A stretch of 64,000 nucleotides of DNA from an uncultured Pseudomonadales bacterium (GCA_964449995.1 CAYVBW010000001.1:1618-65617); one strand, 5' to 3'. Numbered from the stretch's first letter, positions 19,823-30,463 are shown. The notes: generated by a model not told the origin, from the sequence alone. Made by a program: numbers and translations.

Positions 19823-20105
19823 CTTGTTGCCCTAAATTTGTTAACTGATAATAGGTTCTCTGTCCTTTTTTCTCATTGAAAACCAAGTTTGCTTGCCGCA
19901 AGTCTGACATGTGATGAGAAATCAAGCTTTGAGATAAACCCAACTCATCCACAATTTCACAAATACAATGTTTTTTATTTTTCAGCAAACACATAATTTT
20001 TAAACGATTTTCTTCTGCCACCAATTTAAACAAAGAAGATAGATAAGATAACCTTGGACAACTACTACTAAAGGCAGAGCAATCATCACATGAACACGTA
20101 TTCAT
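19779..20105 (-). CDS. ArsR/SmtB-family metalloregulator-type HTH transcription factor
   Basis: RLKIMCLLKNKKHCICEIVDELGLSQSLISHHMSDLRQANLV matches ArsR HTH with metal-site-like Cys/His. Confidence 0.8.
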   Translation of the reverse strand: MNTCSCDDCSAFSSSCPRLSYLSSLFKLVAEENRLKIMCLLKNKKHCICEIVDELGLSQSLISHHMSDLRQANLVFNEKKGQRTYYQLTNLGQQVVAGFSEFHDNSCL

Positions 20106-20237
20106 AAATTAATATTTTAGTCTAATTTTAAAAACATGCAAGCAACCTCCTGATAAGATTAATAAAAAAAATTATATTTTTAAACATAGCCATTCTCAAA
20201 GCAACATCAAGATTCAAAGATTACCTCACATAAAACA

Positions 20238-20846
20238 ATGTGTTATCATAAGCTAATAAAAATTTATTATTTAGAATCCTTACAACAATCTATGTCAAGC
20301 GAACAACTCCAAGCCAACCAACAATCAAACAAAACCGACAGTTCTCCAGCCCTGCAGGAATCTGCTAGTAATAAAATAAGTCGCCGAGATTTTTTAAAAA
20401 AAGGAGGAAAATTTTTTGCAGCTCTCGGAGCTGCGGCCACTCTCCCTGGGCTATCAACTGCCTGCAATCCCGAAAGTAAGTCTAGCGATACTGTGGAACC
20501 TCCAGAAACTCAATCTCCACAGCCAGAAAAAACCACTGAATATCCCAAATATCATGAGGAGACACCAAGCCAAAGAGTCCTTATTACCCATCCTGAAAAA
20601 GGCAATCACCTAAGACTGAGTCCCCAAATCGATCCGGGTGGGTTCAATATTGCCACCTCCATCGGTCCTAATCAGGAACTAACAACAACTCACGAACAAG
20701 TAGTGGAGGAGGAAAACGAAATTCAAATTTGGTATAAATTAGAGCGTCAGCACGAAGAGCAAAACATTTATATCTGTGCTGAACAGATTAAGCTTGCCAA
20801 CGGAGAAGAAATAGGCAGACGCACACATGTAAGATATAAAGACTAA
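20238..20846 (+). CDS. secreted protein with twin-arginine (Tat)-type signal peptide
   Basis: SRRDFLKKGGKFFAALGAAATLPGLSTAC = Tat motif + hydrophobic region + lipobox-like Cys; start likely at internal MSSEQL. Confidence 0.5.
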   Translation: MCYHKLIKIYYLESLQQSMSSEQLQANQQSNKTDSSPALQESASNKISRRDFLKKGGKFFAALGAAATLPGLSTACNPESKSSDTVEPPETQSPQPEKTTEYPKYHEETPSQRVLITHPEKGNHLRLSPQIDPGGFNIATSIGPNQELTTTHEQVVEEENEIQIWYKLERQHEEQNIYICAEQIKLANGEEIGRRTHVRYKD

Positions 20847-20875
20847 ATTTTAAAGCTCAGCTGGCAACTCAAAAG

Positions 20876-23209
20876 TTACAACCTGGCCCTAAGTTGCATC
20901 TCTGCCTCTACTACCTCTCTGTCTTTACCATATTTTAACCTTGATAATTCTCTGATCATCTCAGCCATCTTTGGATTCATTAAAGCTTCAATTTTATCCA
21001 TATCTTTTTCTAATGAAACGCTAAAGGGTGTCATGGGCTCGTTGTCAACAATGGTCTTCATGTAAATATGATATTTTTCAACATTGGTGAGATCGGTTTC
21101 ACTAAAGATTGGAGCAAACTCGTGCTGTAGGAAGTTGGCATCTGTAACGCCAATTCTAAAAGAAACGATAGTGCCTACGTTCCCAAAAACAGCATTTTTA
21201 ACATCTTCGTCAATCTGTCCAATATACTGGTTGGCTACGATTAGATTAAGTTTATATTTTCTGGCCTCTGACAAAATAACTGCAAAATCTTCTGTAGCGT
21301 AATTTTGAAACTCGTCAACATATAAAAAGAAGTCGTCGCGCTTTTCCATTGGCACATCAGCCCTACTCATGGCAGCTGTGAGAATTTTGGGTACTAAAAT
21401 TAAGCCTAAAAATTTTGCATCTTCTTCTCCTAAAACACCTTTAGATAAATTACATAAGATAATCTTTTTTTCATCCATAGCCTTTCTAAAATCAAACGCA
21501 CTTTGAGTCTGCCCAATAATGTTTCTCATAGTTTTGTTGGTTACAAATCTGCCAAATTTTGACACAATGTAATCCAAAACCTCTGATTTATGAAAATCGC
21601 TGGTTTGGGCAATTTGATCAGTCCAATAACGCCTCACTATCGGATCTTTAATAAAGGGCAAGGTTTCTTTTACAAAATTTTCATCAGTTAAAATCCTAAC
21701 CACCTCAATAAAAGTAGAGTTTTCTCGACTCATAACAGAAAGCATGGCGTTTCGTATAGCATGTTCAAATCTTGGACCAATAATGCCAGTTCTATGTGGA
21801 TCATAAAGTTTGTACATCAAATTAATGATCGAACTCACCATAAAATGCTGTTGTTCTTCGCTGTAAGCCTCCATAATGTTTAAGCCCATCGGTCTTTCTC
21901 TGTCTGAAGGATTAAAATAAATCACATCTTCAGCTCTTTCAGGAGGCATTAACTCCAAAACATCCTCAACAAAATCTCCATGCGGATCAATGGCAGCTAC
22001 TCCTTTTCCCTCCTCGATATCCTGCAAAATCATTTGCTTGAGAAATTCTGATTTACCTGTCCCTGTTTTACCAACAATATACATATGACGCCGACGGTCG
22101 TTCAGTTTCATATGGACCTTTCTCTTTTCACCTCGATAGTGAGACTCTCCAATATATAAACCTTCACTAGGAATTTCATGAGGGGCAGGAGCATTTTTGG
22201 CCATCATCCATTTAATATGATGTGTTTCTACTGTTTTGTTGGGAAAATGAAAAATCGTTGCCAGCTCAGCAGTATTTAAAATACTGGTGCCTTTGTTAAA
22301 TAAAGGCATATATCGATATATGAAATCAATCATAAACAAATGCTTAAAAAAAATTTTAGCCTTTTTAAAAGAATTATAGGGAGAGGCAAACTGAGCAAAC
22401 GCACCCGTGATGTTACTTAAATGAGTATCCGTAGCCTGTTCTGTTGGTGCTGAAACTACCATTCTAATTGAAGTTCTAAAACCAGGTCTTGAGATTTCAT
22501 CACTGATTGCTTCCATTTCTTTGGGATCGTGTTTGTAGGTCGTCTCATCAGGATCTGCCTCCTGCTTTTTTTCCTTACTCATATAAGAACGTCCCTTTTT
22601 CTGCCATTTTTTAGAAGTGGGTTGAATTAAAATTTGTAAAACACCACCCTCTCCAGTGTGCATTTTAGATAAGGCTGAGGTTATTAAAGACAAGCCGTCT
22701 GTGGGCAAATCTTTATAAATTTGGATGGGATAATAGTCTGGACTGGCTGTTTTCATGGCAGCAAAAGCCACCTTTCCATCTTCGCTAAAGATGTTAACCT
22801 CATCTACTTCTTCAATCTTGGCTGAAGGATAAGCGCCATTAATCTGTTTTTCCACTACATCTTGAATTTTTTTAGAACAACTTACATAAAAGCCAATCTC
22901 TTCTTTTAAAGCAGCAATTTCAAATGCAATAATTGGCTGGCGTTTAGTAAAAGAAAACATGCCACCTTTGTGCAATGAGTACAAACCAGCAAACATTTGC
23001 TCTGCAGCATCAATTTTAATCTCATTGTCTTTAGGTAACCTCACCAGCAGAGTCACAAAGCTTAAGGCATAATCCTCTCTTTTGAAATGCTTAAACCACT
23101 GAAAAACCATATAGATAAAAACAACCAAAATACCAATAACAACTATGACAGCAAATATACCCGCAATCACTGACGCCAACTGGCCGAATATTTGATCAAA
23201 ATTATCCAT
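20876..23209 (-). CDS. VirD4/TraG-like type IV coupling protein-family ATPase (FtsK/HerA superfamily) with N-terminal TM anchor
   Basis: N-terminal TM (IAGIFAVIVVIGILVVFIYMVF), Walker A MYIVGKTGTGKSEF, Walker B FLYVDEFQNY, C-terminal TraG-D_C-like region; 777 aa. Confidence 0.6.
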   Translation of the reverse strand: MDNFDQIFGQLASVIAGIFAVIVVIGILVVFIYMVFQWFKHFKREDYALSFVTLLVRLPKDNEIKIDAAEQMFAGLYSLHKGGMFSFTKRQPIIAFEIAALKEEIGFYVSCSKKIQDVVEKQINGAYPSAKIEEVDEVNIFSEDGKVAFAAMKTASPDYYPIQIYKDLPTDGLSLITSALSKMHTGEGGVLQILIQPTSKKWQKKGRSYMSKEKKQEADPDETTYKHDPKEMEAISDEISRPGFRTSIRMVVSAPTEQATDTHLSNITGAFAQFASPYNSFKKAKIFFKHLFMIDFIYRYMPLFNKGTSILNTAELATIFHFPNKTVETHHIKWMMAKNAPAPHEIPSEGLYIGESHYRGEKRKVHMKLNDRRRHMYIVGKTGTGKSEFLKQMILQDIEEGKGVAAIDPHGDFVEDVLELMPPERAEDVIYFNPSDRERPMGLNIMEAYSEEQQHFMVSSIINLMYKLYDPHRTGIIGPRFEHAIRNAMLSVMSRENSTFIEVVRILTDENFVKETLPFIKDPIVRRYWTDQIAQTSDFHKSEVLDYIVSKFGRFVTNKTMRNIIGQTQSAFDFRKAMDEKKIILCNLSKGVLGEEDAKFLGLILVPKILTAAMSRADVPMEKRDDFFLYVDEFQNYATEDFAVILSEARKYKLNLIVANQYIGQIDEDVKNAVFGNVGTIVSFRIGVTDANFLQHEFAPIFSETDLTNVEKYHIYMKTIVDNEPMTPFSVSLEKDMDKIEALMNPKMAEMIRELSRLKYGKDREVVEAEMQLRARL

Positions 23210-23266
23210 ATATTGTAAATAATTGTACTACATTAAGATTATCACTAAATAAAACAAGTTGGTAAG

Positions 23267-23950
23267 CTATTGTTTAGAAACAGCCGGACGATAAATAACT
23301 TTGCCTTCAAAAATTTTCATAATCTTTTTGCTCCATTCCACTAGCCAGCGAATACTAAATTTGGGACTTTTACGCTTCCCTTTTTTTTCAATTTCCGGAG
23401 TAATGGGCAAGACCACCACCCTTTCTGACACATATTGATCATCGTCTGGCATACTATCAGCAGCCTCAGCAATTACTATTTCTTTAGGAGCCTTTTCTTG
23501 ATCTGTTTTAACTTCCTCAATATATTTTTCAACCTCTATTGGTAACTCAGGGCTTTTTTCTTCTTCAACATACTGAATGGCAACAGCTTGTTCTTGAGAG
23601 GAACTAAGCCCACCTTCAGCAGCTTCCTTGCGACCAGTAGAAACATATCCTATATCTTGATCTTGTGCCTTTTGCTGGTCAAGGGAGTTCGCTTTTACAG
23701 ACTGATCTGCTGACTTATCTTTAGAAATTTGTGGAGGTGTGGCTTGTTTTGCATCAATATCATCCAAAACCTTTTCCAACAAATTCAATTTCTCTAATTC
23801 AGAGACCTGCTCACTTTTAACAATTTCCTGATCTGAAACACGGCCACTAATTCCCGAATGCAGCCAGTTAAAAACTTGTTGAGAAAATTTAGACCCAATA
23901 TTCTGCTGAGAGTCTTGTGATTGAGCAGGCTGATTCATATCCTTTATCAT
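23267..23950 (-). CDS. hypothetical acidic protein
   Basis: ORF only. Confidence 0.35.
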   Translation of the reverse strand: MIKDMNQPAQSQDSQQNIGSKFSQQVFNWLHSGISGRVSDQEIVKSEQVSELEKLNLLEKVLDDIDAKQATPPQISKDKSADQSVKANSLDQQKAQDQDIGYVSTGRKEAAEGGLSSSQEQAVAIQYVEEEKSPELPIEVEKYIEEVKTDQEKAPKEIVIAEAADSMPDDDQYVSERVVVLPITPEIEKKGKRKSPKFSIRWLVEWSKKIMKIFEGKVIYRPAVSKQ

Positions 23951-23995
23951 ACTAAGAATTTAGTTAAGATAAAAGAGCTTATATCTAGTCGCTAG

Positions 23996-24499
23996 CTAAT
24001 TATTTATAACAATTAGCTCATCACCAACTTCTATGTGGTGTTCATTAACAAACCCAGCCTTTACTTCTAACAGCATATCAACTTTCTCTATAGGCTGATA
24101 AATCGGTAGAGTGTCTAATTCTTGATCTGGCTTTGGTTTAGGAACATCTAAAATCAAATCAACAACCATGTTTCCCCGCAACCAAATCAAATCCAAATTA
24201 AACGTCATATCCTTCATCCAAATTTGATGTTTATCAGGACGATGAAAAACAAACAACATGCCGTCACTGCCAATTTCTTCCCGGTTACTCAGTCCTAAAA
24301 GTTGGCTAGCATAACTATTAACAATCTCAAAACGAAACTGCTTGCCCGACAATGTAGCGTCAATCAAAGATCTGTCCTCAATGGACGTTAAATCAATCTG
24401 CTGTTGAGTGGGTTGTTGTTCTTTTGTCCCAGCAACCCTAAGTAAAATAAAGGTAGCTAATATTAATAAAGGTAAAAGCAATAATAATTTTTTTTTCAT
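23996..24499 (-). CDS. DUF192-family secreted protein
   Basis: Signal peptide; GMLFVF...IWMKDMTFNLDLIW...LEVKAGF...GDEL pattern typical of DUF192 (COG1430). Confidence 0.55.
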   Translation of the reverse strand: MKKKLLLLLPLLILATFILLRVAGTKEQQPTQQQIDLTSIEDRSLIDATLSGKQFRFEIVNSYASQLLGLSNREEIGSDGMLFVFHRPDKHQIWMKDMTFNLDLIWLRGNMVVDLILDVPKPKPDQELDTLPIYQPIEKVDMLLEVKAGFVNEHHIEVGDELIVINN

Positions 24500-24543
24500 T
24501 TATTTAAATATTGACGTCTATTGAATAAATTCGAAAATTAAGT

Positions 24544-25041
24544 TCAAGCAAAAAAGAAAAGTAAACTTAAAAAAAGAAAGTATGCAAACAAAGATATCAT
24601 CACTGCTCGAACTTGATTTAAATCAAGTTTTTTCTTAACTAAAGACCAAAATCGCTCATTAAATATTTTTTGATTATCTCGATATTGCCACATTTCTAAA
24701 ATTATTCCCAAGAATAAACTCATTACCAATCCAATTCCTAGAGCACTCCCTGTTGAAGTAAGGATAAAAAAAGATAAGGGTATCAAGCTTGCGACAAACA
24801 AAACAGACCTAGTGGCTAGAAAGGGGGTCTTTAATTGATTTTTATCTAATTGATCTGACTGGTTAACTTGACCCTCTTGCAACTGACCTTCGTTGTAATA
24901 TTGATAAAAGACAAGCTCATCTAAAATCAACAAAGCCATGCCGACCAATCCACCTACAACAAACAGTAAATATAAAGTTAGCTGAGTAACAAAAAAGAAA
25001 GGTAAAAAATAAACTACAAAAGCAATAATTTTATATTTCAT
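24544..25041 (-). CDS. hypothetical membrane protein (4 TM)
   Basis: Hydrophobicity only. Confidence 0.4.
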   Translation of the reverse strand: MKYKIIAFVVYFLPFFFVTQLTLYLLFVVGGLVGMALLILDELVFYQYYNEGQLQEGQVNQSDQLDKNQLKTPFLATRSVLFVASLIPLSFFILTSTGSALGIGLVMSLFLGIILEMWQYRDNQKIFNERFWSLVKKKLDLNQVRAVMISLFAYFLFLSLLFFFA

Positions 25042-25091
25042 AATTTTTTAAAAATGATTTTTTAACTTATTAATTGAATTTTAATACAACC

Positions 25092-26450
25092 TTAATATCT
25101 TAGGGACAAAATTTTCATCACGCTTTGATCAACTTGTTGTGCAAAACTGGCATCCTTTTCATACACTTGCACAAGATCTTGCCTGATGGTTTGAAATTCT
25201 TCAAACTCAACATCCCTCCCATAAAGCAAAACATCATTTCCTGCCAACAGGGCTAAATATGAAATCCTAGACAAACCCCCAAAACTTATATCAACCAAAT
25301 TAGTCTCCTCAAATTCAGTTGAGTCATCAACTCTTAAACTAGCGGCTTGAGTGCCTACTAAATCAAATCCTGGAAGTTGATCAGCCTCATTTATCTCAGG
25401 CCAATAATCAATTTTCTCAAAACTTGCTAAAGCTCTCATATCTAGAGCATCACTAAAAACTAATAAATCTGGATAAGACTGTGAAAAAGAGAGAATGCAA
25501 TCTTGACTTAATGAACAAGGAAGATTTTGAAGTCTGTTTTCAAGCTGAACATGAGAGGTCATCACTCCGATGTTTGGATATAGGTCAAAAATTTCGGCAA
25601 AAATTTCAATTTCTTCTTTTGGAAAATCAATTACATCTGAAGAAAAGTGCAAGTCTTTTGTTAAGCTACCCAACCCTGGGAAGTGCTTAACAACTGGAAT
25701 TATTTGGTGATTACCAAAAACCTCGATATATTTTTTTGCTGCTGAGAAAGTTTTAGCGCCATCAGCACAACTTCTAGATCCCAAAACCGAACTGTCAACG
25801 TCCAAAACTGGAGCCAGCACAATATTTATACCTAACTGTCGTAGCTCAGTTGCAGAACTTATCAATTCATCTAGCTGCTCAACCTCCCTCTTTTCACACA
25901 TCTCTCTCCAAGGAGAAAGTAAGGTAAATCCTTCCCCAGAAAAACGCTGAGCTCCTCGCCCTTCGTGATCTACCAAGTATAAAGGGTGAAAAAAAGATTC
26001 CTCAAATATTTGATTAATCCGATCAATTTCTTGCTGAGCTAAATCAAGAGGTATGTCTGATCCAAAAAAAAGTATAAAACCAGGTTGAAAATTTTTCAAA
26101 GCAGTTTGTTGAGCCGATAAACCATTGGCTGACGAGTGACTGATTGTTGTTTCTTCAAGATTATTATCTTGACTGTCAGACTCCGGTTGAAACGCATCTT
26201 CGCTTTCCTGACCAATAATATACGGATACGACATTAGTAAACCAATCTTTTGATCACTAGAAAGTTGATCAAAAATATCAGCCAAAGGATCTACTGCATC
26301 TGTTGCAAATTTCTCATCATTGGTTGCCAGCTGCTGTGGTTGATGAAATCTATTATAAAAAGGAGTAGCAAAATAATTATACCCCAGCAATACTGCCAAA
26401 ATCGCTAAAAAAATTATAAAAACAGTCGTTGAATGAATTTTCATACACAA
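25092..26450 (-). CDS. glycoside hydrolase family 3 N-terminal domain protein (NagZ-like beta-hexosaminidase), membrane-anchored
   Basis: N-terminal TM; KHFPGLGS...D motif equivalent to GH3 KHFPGHG catalytic region. Confidence 0.55.
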   Translation of the reverse strand: MCMKIHSTTVFIIFLAILAVLLGYNYFATPFYNRFHQPQQLATNDEKFATDAVDPLADIFDQLSSDQKIGLLMSYPYIIGQESEDAFQPESDSQDNNLEETTISHSSANGLSAQQTALKNFQPGFILFFGSDIPLDLAQQEIDRINQIFEESFFHPLYLVDHEGRGAQRFSGEGFTLLSPWREMCEKREVEQLDELISSATELRQLGINIVLAPVLDVDSSVLGSRSCADGAKTFSAAKKYIEVFGNHQIIPVVKHFPGLGSLTKDLHFSSDVIDFPKEEIEIFAEIFDLYPNIGVMTSHVQLENRLQNLPCSLSQDCILSFSQSYPDLLVFSDALDMRALASFEKIDYWPEINEADQLPGFDLVGTQAASLRVDDSTEFEETNLVDISFGGLSRISYLALLAGNDVLLYGRDVEFEEFQTIRQDLVQVYEKDASFAQQVDQSVMKILSLRY

Positions 26451-26468
26451 TTTAATTTTAAAAATACC

Positions 26469-26825
26469 CTACTTGTTCCCACTGCCTTTTTCTGCCTTTT
26501 CTTTTTTGAGCTGATTAAACTTCCACATAAAAAGTGCGCCTTTGTTTTTAGCCCGAACATCACTGACAAAACTTAAAGCTCTCTCCAACAAAACCCTTTC
26601 TTCCTGTTTGGCCAACTTCATATAAAGACTTTTATGTTCTAAATCGTCTAGTTCTACAGCCAAACGATAACCAAAATCTTGAAATTCTTGAGAAATATAG
26701 CCCTTATTTTCTTTAGCCTCAAAGCCATCAAATAGTGTTCCTAGATCTTGAAAACCTTTGTCTTGAGATTTTTTTTTGCTTGAATTCATATATTGCCAAC
26801 AACTCCTTAACGACTTATTTATCAA
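26469..26825 (-). CDS. hypothetical protein
   Basis: ORF only. Confidence 0.35.
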   Translation of the reverse strand: MINKSLRSCWQYMNSSKKKSQDKGFQDLGTLFDGFEAKENKGYISQEFQDFGYRLAVELDDLEHKSLYMKLAKQEERVLLERALSFVSDVRAKNKGALFMWKFNQLKKEKAEKGSGNK

Positions 26826-28041
26826 ACTTTTCCTTAGCCAGCAAGCTTAATAAAACTCCAACTGAACCAAGAGCAAATAAACCGATCCAATCAACTTTAA
26901 CCAGCAAAAAGAAAATCAACATAAAAAACCAAAATAGAACAGCTGCAATTGAACGGTTAACTTCATTATAAACAAAATAAGAAAAATCTTGACTACCTCT
27001 CCCTCTAGAAAAAATAATTTTATCATGAATTAACCAATAAAAGTTGCCTAGCATGCGATTGCTGGTATCAACCACAATCACTTCCCAAGCCCCAGTAACC
27101 AACACCCTCAACATTGTTATCACTGACAAAATCGCTCCCGAGATAGCAAATGGAGTTCTGTGTTTTGCTTTCTTGTCTAGGAAATCTCCAGTAAAAATAT
27201 TAACAATCATAGCCAAAAAGAGAGAAACAGTGTATATATAGCCCACTCTAACAATGTCCGTAATTATTAAAAAAACATAAAGTGGCCATAAAACAAAACT
27301 GACATCATAAAAATATCGCCCAATTTGAGAAAAAACCAATCTTTTAAAAGATTTCTCTTTCATCCAGCGTAAATATTCTTGCAAATTAACTTCATCTCTT
27401 TCAGGAGCTAGGTCAAGTTTAATTAAGCCCATAATCGAAACGACTATTAATAAAATACTGATATAAAATAAATAATTAAAGCCAAAAAAATTAATAATTA
27501 AAGCCCCTAATGCTGGAGCTAACATCGCTATAAAATTACCTAAAAATCTAAAGCCTGCCAAACTTTTACCCATTTCTTTTTCCAGAGAAAACCGGCAAAC
27601 CAAAGTATGGTAGGATTGCCAAAAAAAGCCTGTTTCTATACCCGCCAATATAGTTGCTAAAAGCAAAAACCAAGGATTTTTTTCAATATAAGTAAGGGTT
27701 AGCAGCCAAAATGCTTTAAAGACTGTTCCCAAAAGCATAGATTGATCATGGCCAATTTTTAGAGTGAGTTTAGCTTGGGTAAAATTTACCACTGCTCCAA
27801 ATAGTCTTTGGAATAAATAATAAAAACTAATCACTAACATGCCCTTTTGCAGGTTAGTAAAATCGGGACCAAAAAATTCCATTGTTTGGGCAGACTGATA
27901 AAAAAATAGAGGCAAGTAAAAAGTCCCAAGACGACCCGCTGCATCTCTGAAGATCAAACTAAATGCTAACCACCTTCGATTACGACGCCTGGCTGTAATA
28001 TTATGCTTAATTCTTTTGATAATTTTTGAAATTATAGACAT
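26815..28041 (-). CDS. MFS-type polytopic membrane transporter (putative)
   Basis: ~12 predicted TM helices in 6+6 arrangement. Confidence 0.45.
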   Translation of the reverse strand: MSIISKIIKRIKHNITARRRNRRWLAFSLIFRDAAGRLGTFYLPLFFYQSAQTMEFFGPDFTNLQKGMLVISFYYLFQRLFGAVVNFTQAKLTLKIGHDQSMLLGTVFKAFWLLTLTYIEKNPWFLLLATILAGIETGFFWQSYHTLVCRFSLEKEMGKSLAGFRFLGNFIAMLAPALGALIINFFGFNYLFYISILLIVVSIMGLIKLDLAPERDEVNLQEYLRWMKEKSFKRLVFSQIGRYFYDVSFVLWPLYVFLIITDIVRVGYIYTVSLFLAMIVNIFTGDFLDKKAKHRTPFAISGAILSVITMLRVLVTGAWEVIVVDTSNRMLGNFYWLIHDKIIFSRGRGSQDFSYFVYNEVNRSIAAVLFWFFMLIFFLLVKVDWIGLFALGSVGVLLSLLAKEKFDK

Positions 28042-28060
28042 AATAAACCAATAAATATAG

Positions 28061-28618
28061 TTAACTCACAAACCCCAGTTGTTGAATAACTTGAGAAAAG
28101 TTTGCTGTTAATTTTTTAATCTGATCTTTGGACATTTTTTGCAAAACATAATTTTCCGGAGGAATTCTTCTGTCTTTTCCTCTATCATCTATACCAAAAC
28201 GAATATGCCAAAAATCCTGTGAACCCAAAGCTTGGTAAGTTGACAATAAACCATTGTGTTGCTTTGGACCCACCCCTTTTTGAATTTTAAACTCGCCAAT
28301 CTTTAAATCTAAATCATCATGCGCTACAAAAACCTGATTTAAATTAGATTGAGCTGAGCTATTAACATCAAAATAAGAAAAATAAGATAAAGTTTTGACA
28401 ACTGCTTCACCTGAAGCATTCATATATGTCTGAGGTTTTACCAAATAGAATTCTTGATTTGAGGTTATTGCAGATAAAATTTTTTTATTATATGAAAAAG
28501 AAGACAGGCCTAATTTTTTTTGTAAATAATCTAAAAATAAAAACCCCGCGTTATGGCGCGTATCCTGATAGTCTGCTCCGTAATTACCCAGACCAAAAAC
28601 GAATTTCTTTGTCATCAT
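28061..28618 (-). CDS. pth: peptidyl-tRNA hydrolase
   Basis: FVFGLGNYGADYQDTRHNAGF N-terminal Pth signature incl. catalytic His. Confidence 0.85.
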   Translation of the reverse strand: MMTKKFVFGLGNYGADYQDTRHNAGFLFLDYLQKKLGLSSFSYNKKILSAITSNQEFYLVKPQTYMNASGEAVVKTLSYFSYFDVNSSAQSNLNQVFVAHDDLDLKIGEFKIQKGVGPKQHNGLLSTYQALGSQDFWHIRFGIDDRGKDRRIPPENYVLQKMSKDQIKKLTANFSQVIQQLGFVS

Positions 28619-28652
28619 AAATTTATTTTAACTCGAATTGTTGCAAAATAAT

Positions 28653-30440
28653 CTAGCCAATTTTTATGCTTTCTAACTCTTTTACCGATGTGGCCTGTTC
28701 CCAATTTTTATCATCTCTAAACTTAACTAGTCTTGGGAAACGCAAAGCCCTGCCTGCACTATGTAGTGGAGAAACTGTTAACTCATCTGCAGCAATCTCT
28801 ACCACAATTTTAGGAGACACCCAGACATCTGGCTGCAAATCTTTAGGAACATCATACTGCAGAGGTTTTTTTGAAACTTGATATTTATCAGCCTCTTTTT
28901 TAATATACTTAAACTCTTCGTCTGTTAAACCAGTGCCAATTTTAGCAATAGTCTTTAGTTTTTTTTGAGAGGATAACACACCAACTAAAAAAGCCCCAAT
29001 CCCAAATTGACTGCGCTTGCCTTTACCGCGATAGTAACCCATCACCACACAATCCAGGGTATCGCTGAGCTTACCCAATGTCCCCTCACTCTCTTTAATC
29101 TTTACCCAACGCCAACCTTTACGACCAGAACGATACTTAGAATCAATTCTTTTTATAACAGCCCCCTCTAACCCCTTTTCAAGTTGTTGTTCATGATATT
29201 GTTGAATTTCGCCAGGATCTTGAGTTTCAACTACCTCTGTAAGCTTAATTATTCCATTAATCTCAACCACGTTTTGCAAAATTTTTTTTCGATTATTTAA
29301 AGGCTCATCTATTAGTGGCTCATTATTCAAATAAAGAATATCAAACACATAAAACATTAAAGGCACCTTTTCTGACTGACTAACAACTTGATGCTTACGT
29401 TTTCTAGTAATAGTTTCCTGAAAAGTTAGCAGTTTTTTAGATTTAGGATCATAGGCAATTGCCTCAGCATCTAAAATACAATTTTGAGCCTGGATTTGGT
29501 CAATCTCTTCTAAAATCTCAGGAAACATATGGGTAACATTGTCTAAATTTCGAGTAAAAATTTGAACAGGTTTTTCCTTATCAGCTTTATTAATGTGAAT
29601 TTGGACCCTAAGCCCATCATATTTTGGCTCTATTATCACTCTGCCCATTTTTTCTACTATTTCATGCGCAGTATTAAGGCGTTGACACAAAGCGGGCATG
29701 ACAGGAATTCCCAGCGCAACTTGATAATTATCAAAAAAATCTTTAACCTCTGTTTTTGAGCTACGTTGTAAATATTCCTGAGCCAGCTGTCCAATATCAG
29801 CTCTTTTCTGATAAGCCGCTTCAATCTTCTTGCTGTCGCTTTTATTCTGATGCCTAACCCAGGACAAAGCATCAATTATGGTCATTGTTGAAAAGCCCAA
29901 GCGCAGCTTACCCACAATTATTCTGACCACAAATTTAATTGAAGCTGGCTGTAAATTTAACAGCAATTCATAGGTCTTGTTAATTTTTCTATCCTGGGAA
30001 CCTTCTCCTTCCTCATCTGCTATGTCTACCAAAATTTTGTGAACTTCTAAAATGAGCAAGTCTTTACCTAACAATTGAGTATTTTCTAGCAATTGTTCTA
30101 TAGCTAATCCCAAATCTCCTAAATCCTTATTAGCTTTTTTTATTTTTTCCAAATAAAGAGAGTCGTCTTGTTCTTTAAACAAATTAATACTAGGTAAAGA
30201 ATCATCTTGATCCAAGTGATTAAGTAGTTTGGCCAACGCCCTCATGGTTAACTTCTCACTCATATTAAACTCTAAAGATTGATAGCTTGGCACTAACTTC
30301 CCCTGCATTAAGTAACAAACTACAGGAATTTCCTCAGTTTTGAGTTCCTGAAAAAGTTGTGCCAACTGCGCAGTCATTTCCAAACGGGAAGCGGTGACTT
30401 CTAGCTTTTCCAAGTATTGAGCGAAGGTTAAAAATTTCAT
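28653..30440 (-). CDS. ATP-dependent DNA ligase
   Basis: Adenylation motif I KYDGLRVQIH (KxDGxR), motif III/IV/V region EGAVIK, OB-fold C-terminus; 595 aa. Confidence 0.85.
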   Translation of the reverse strand: MKFLTFAQYLEKLEVTASRLEMTAQLAQLFQELKTEEIPVVCYLMQGKLVPSYQSLEFNMSEKLTMRALAKLLNHLDQDDSLPSINLFKEQDDSLYLEKIKKANKDLGDLGLAIEQLLENTQLLGKDLLILEVHKILVDIADEEGEGSQDRKINKTYELLLNLQPASIKFVVRIIVGKLRLGFSTMTIIDALSWVRHQNKSDSKKIEAAYQKRADIGQLAQEYLQRSSKTEVKDFFDNYQVALGIPVMPALCQRLNTAHEIVEKMGRVIIEPKYDGLRVQIHINKADKEKPVQIFTRNLDNVTHMFPEILEEIDQIQAQNCILDAEAIAYDPKSKKLLTFQETITRKRKHQVVSQSEKVPLMFYVFDILYLNNEPLIDEPLNNRKKILQNVVEINGIIKLTEVVETQDPGEIQQYHEQQLEKGLEGAVIKRIDSKYRSGRKGWRWVKIKESEGTLGKLSDTLDCVVMGYYRGKGKRSQFGIGAFLVGVLSSQKKLKTIAKIGTGLTDEEFKYIKKEADKYQVSKKPLQYDVPKDLQPDVWVSPKIVVEIAADELTVSPLHSAGRALRFPRLVKFRDDKNWEQATSVKELESIKIG

Positions 30441-30463
30441 AAATAATGTGTTAAATAAATTCG

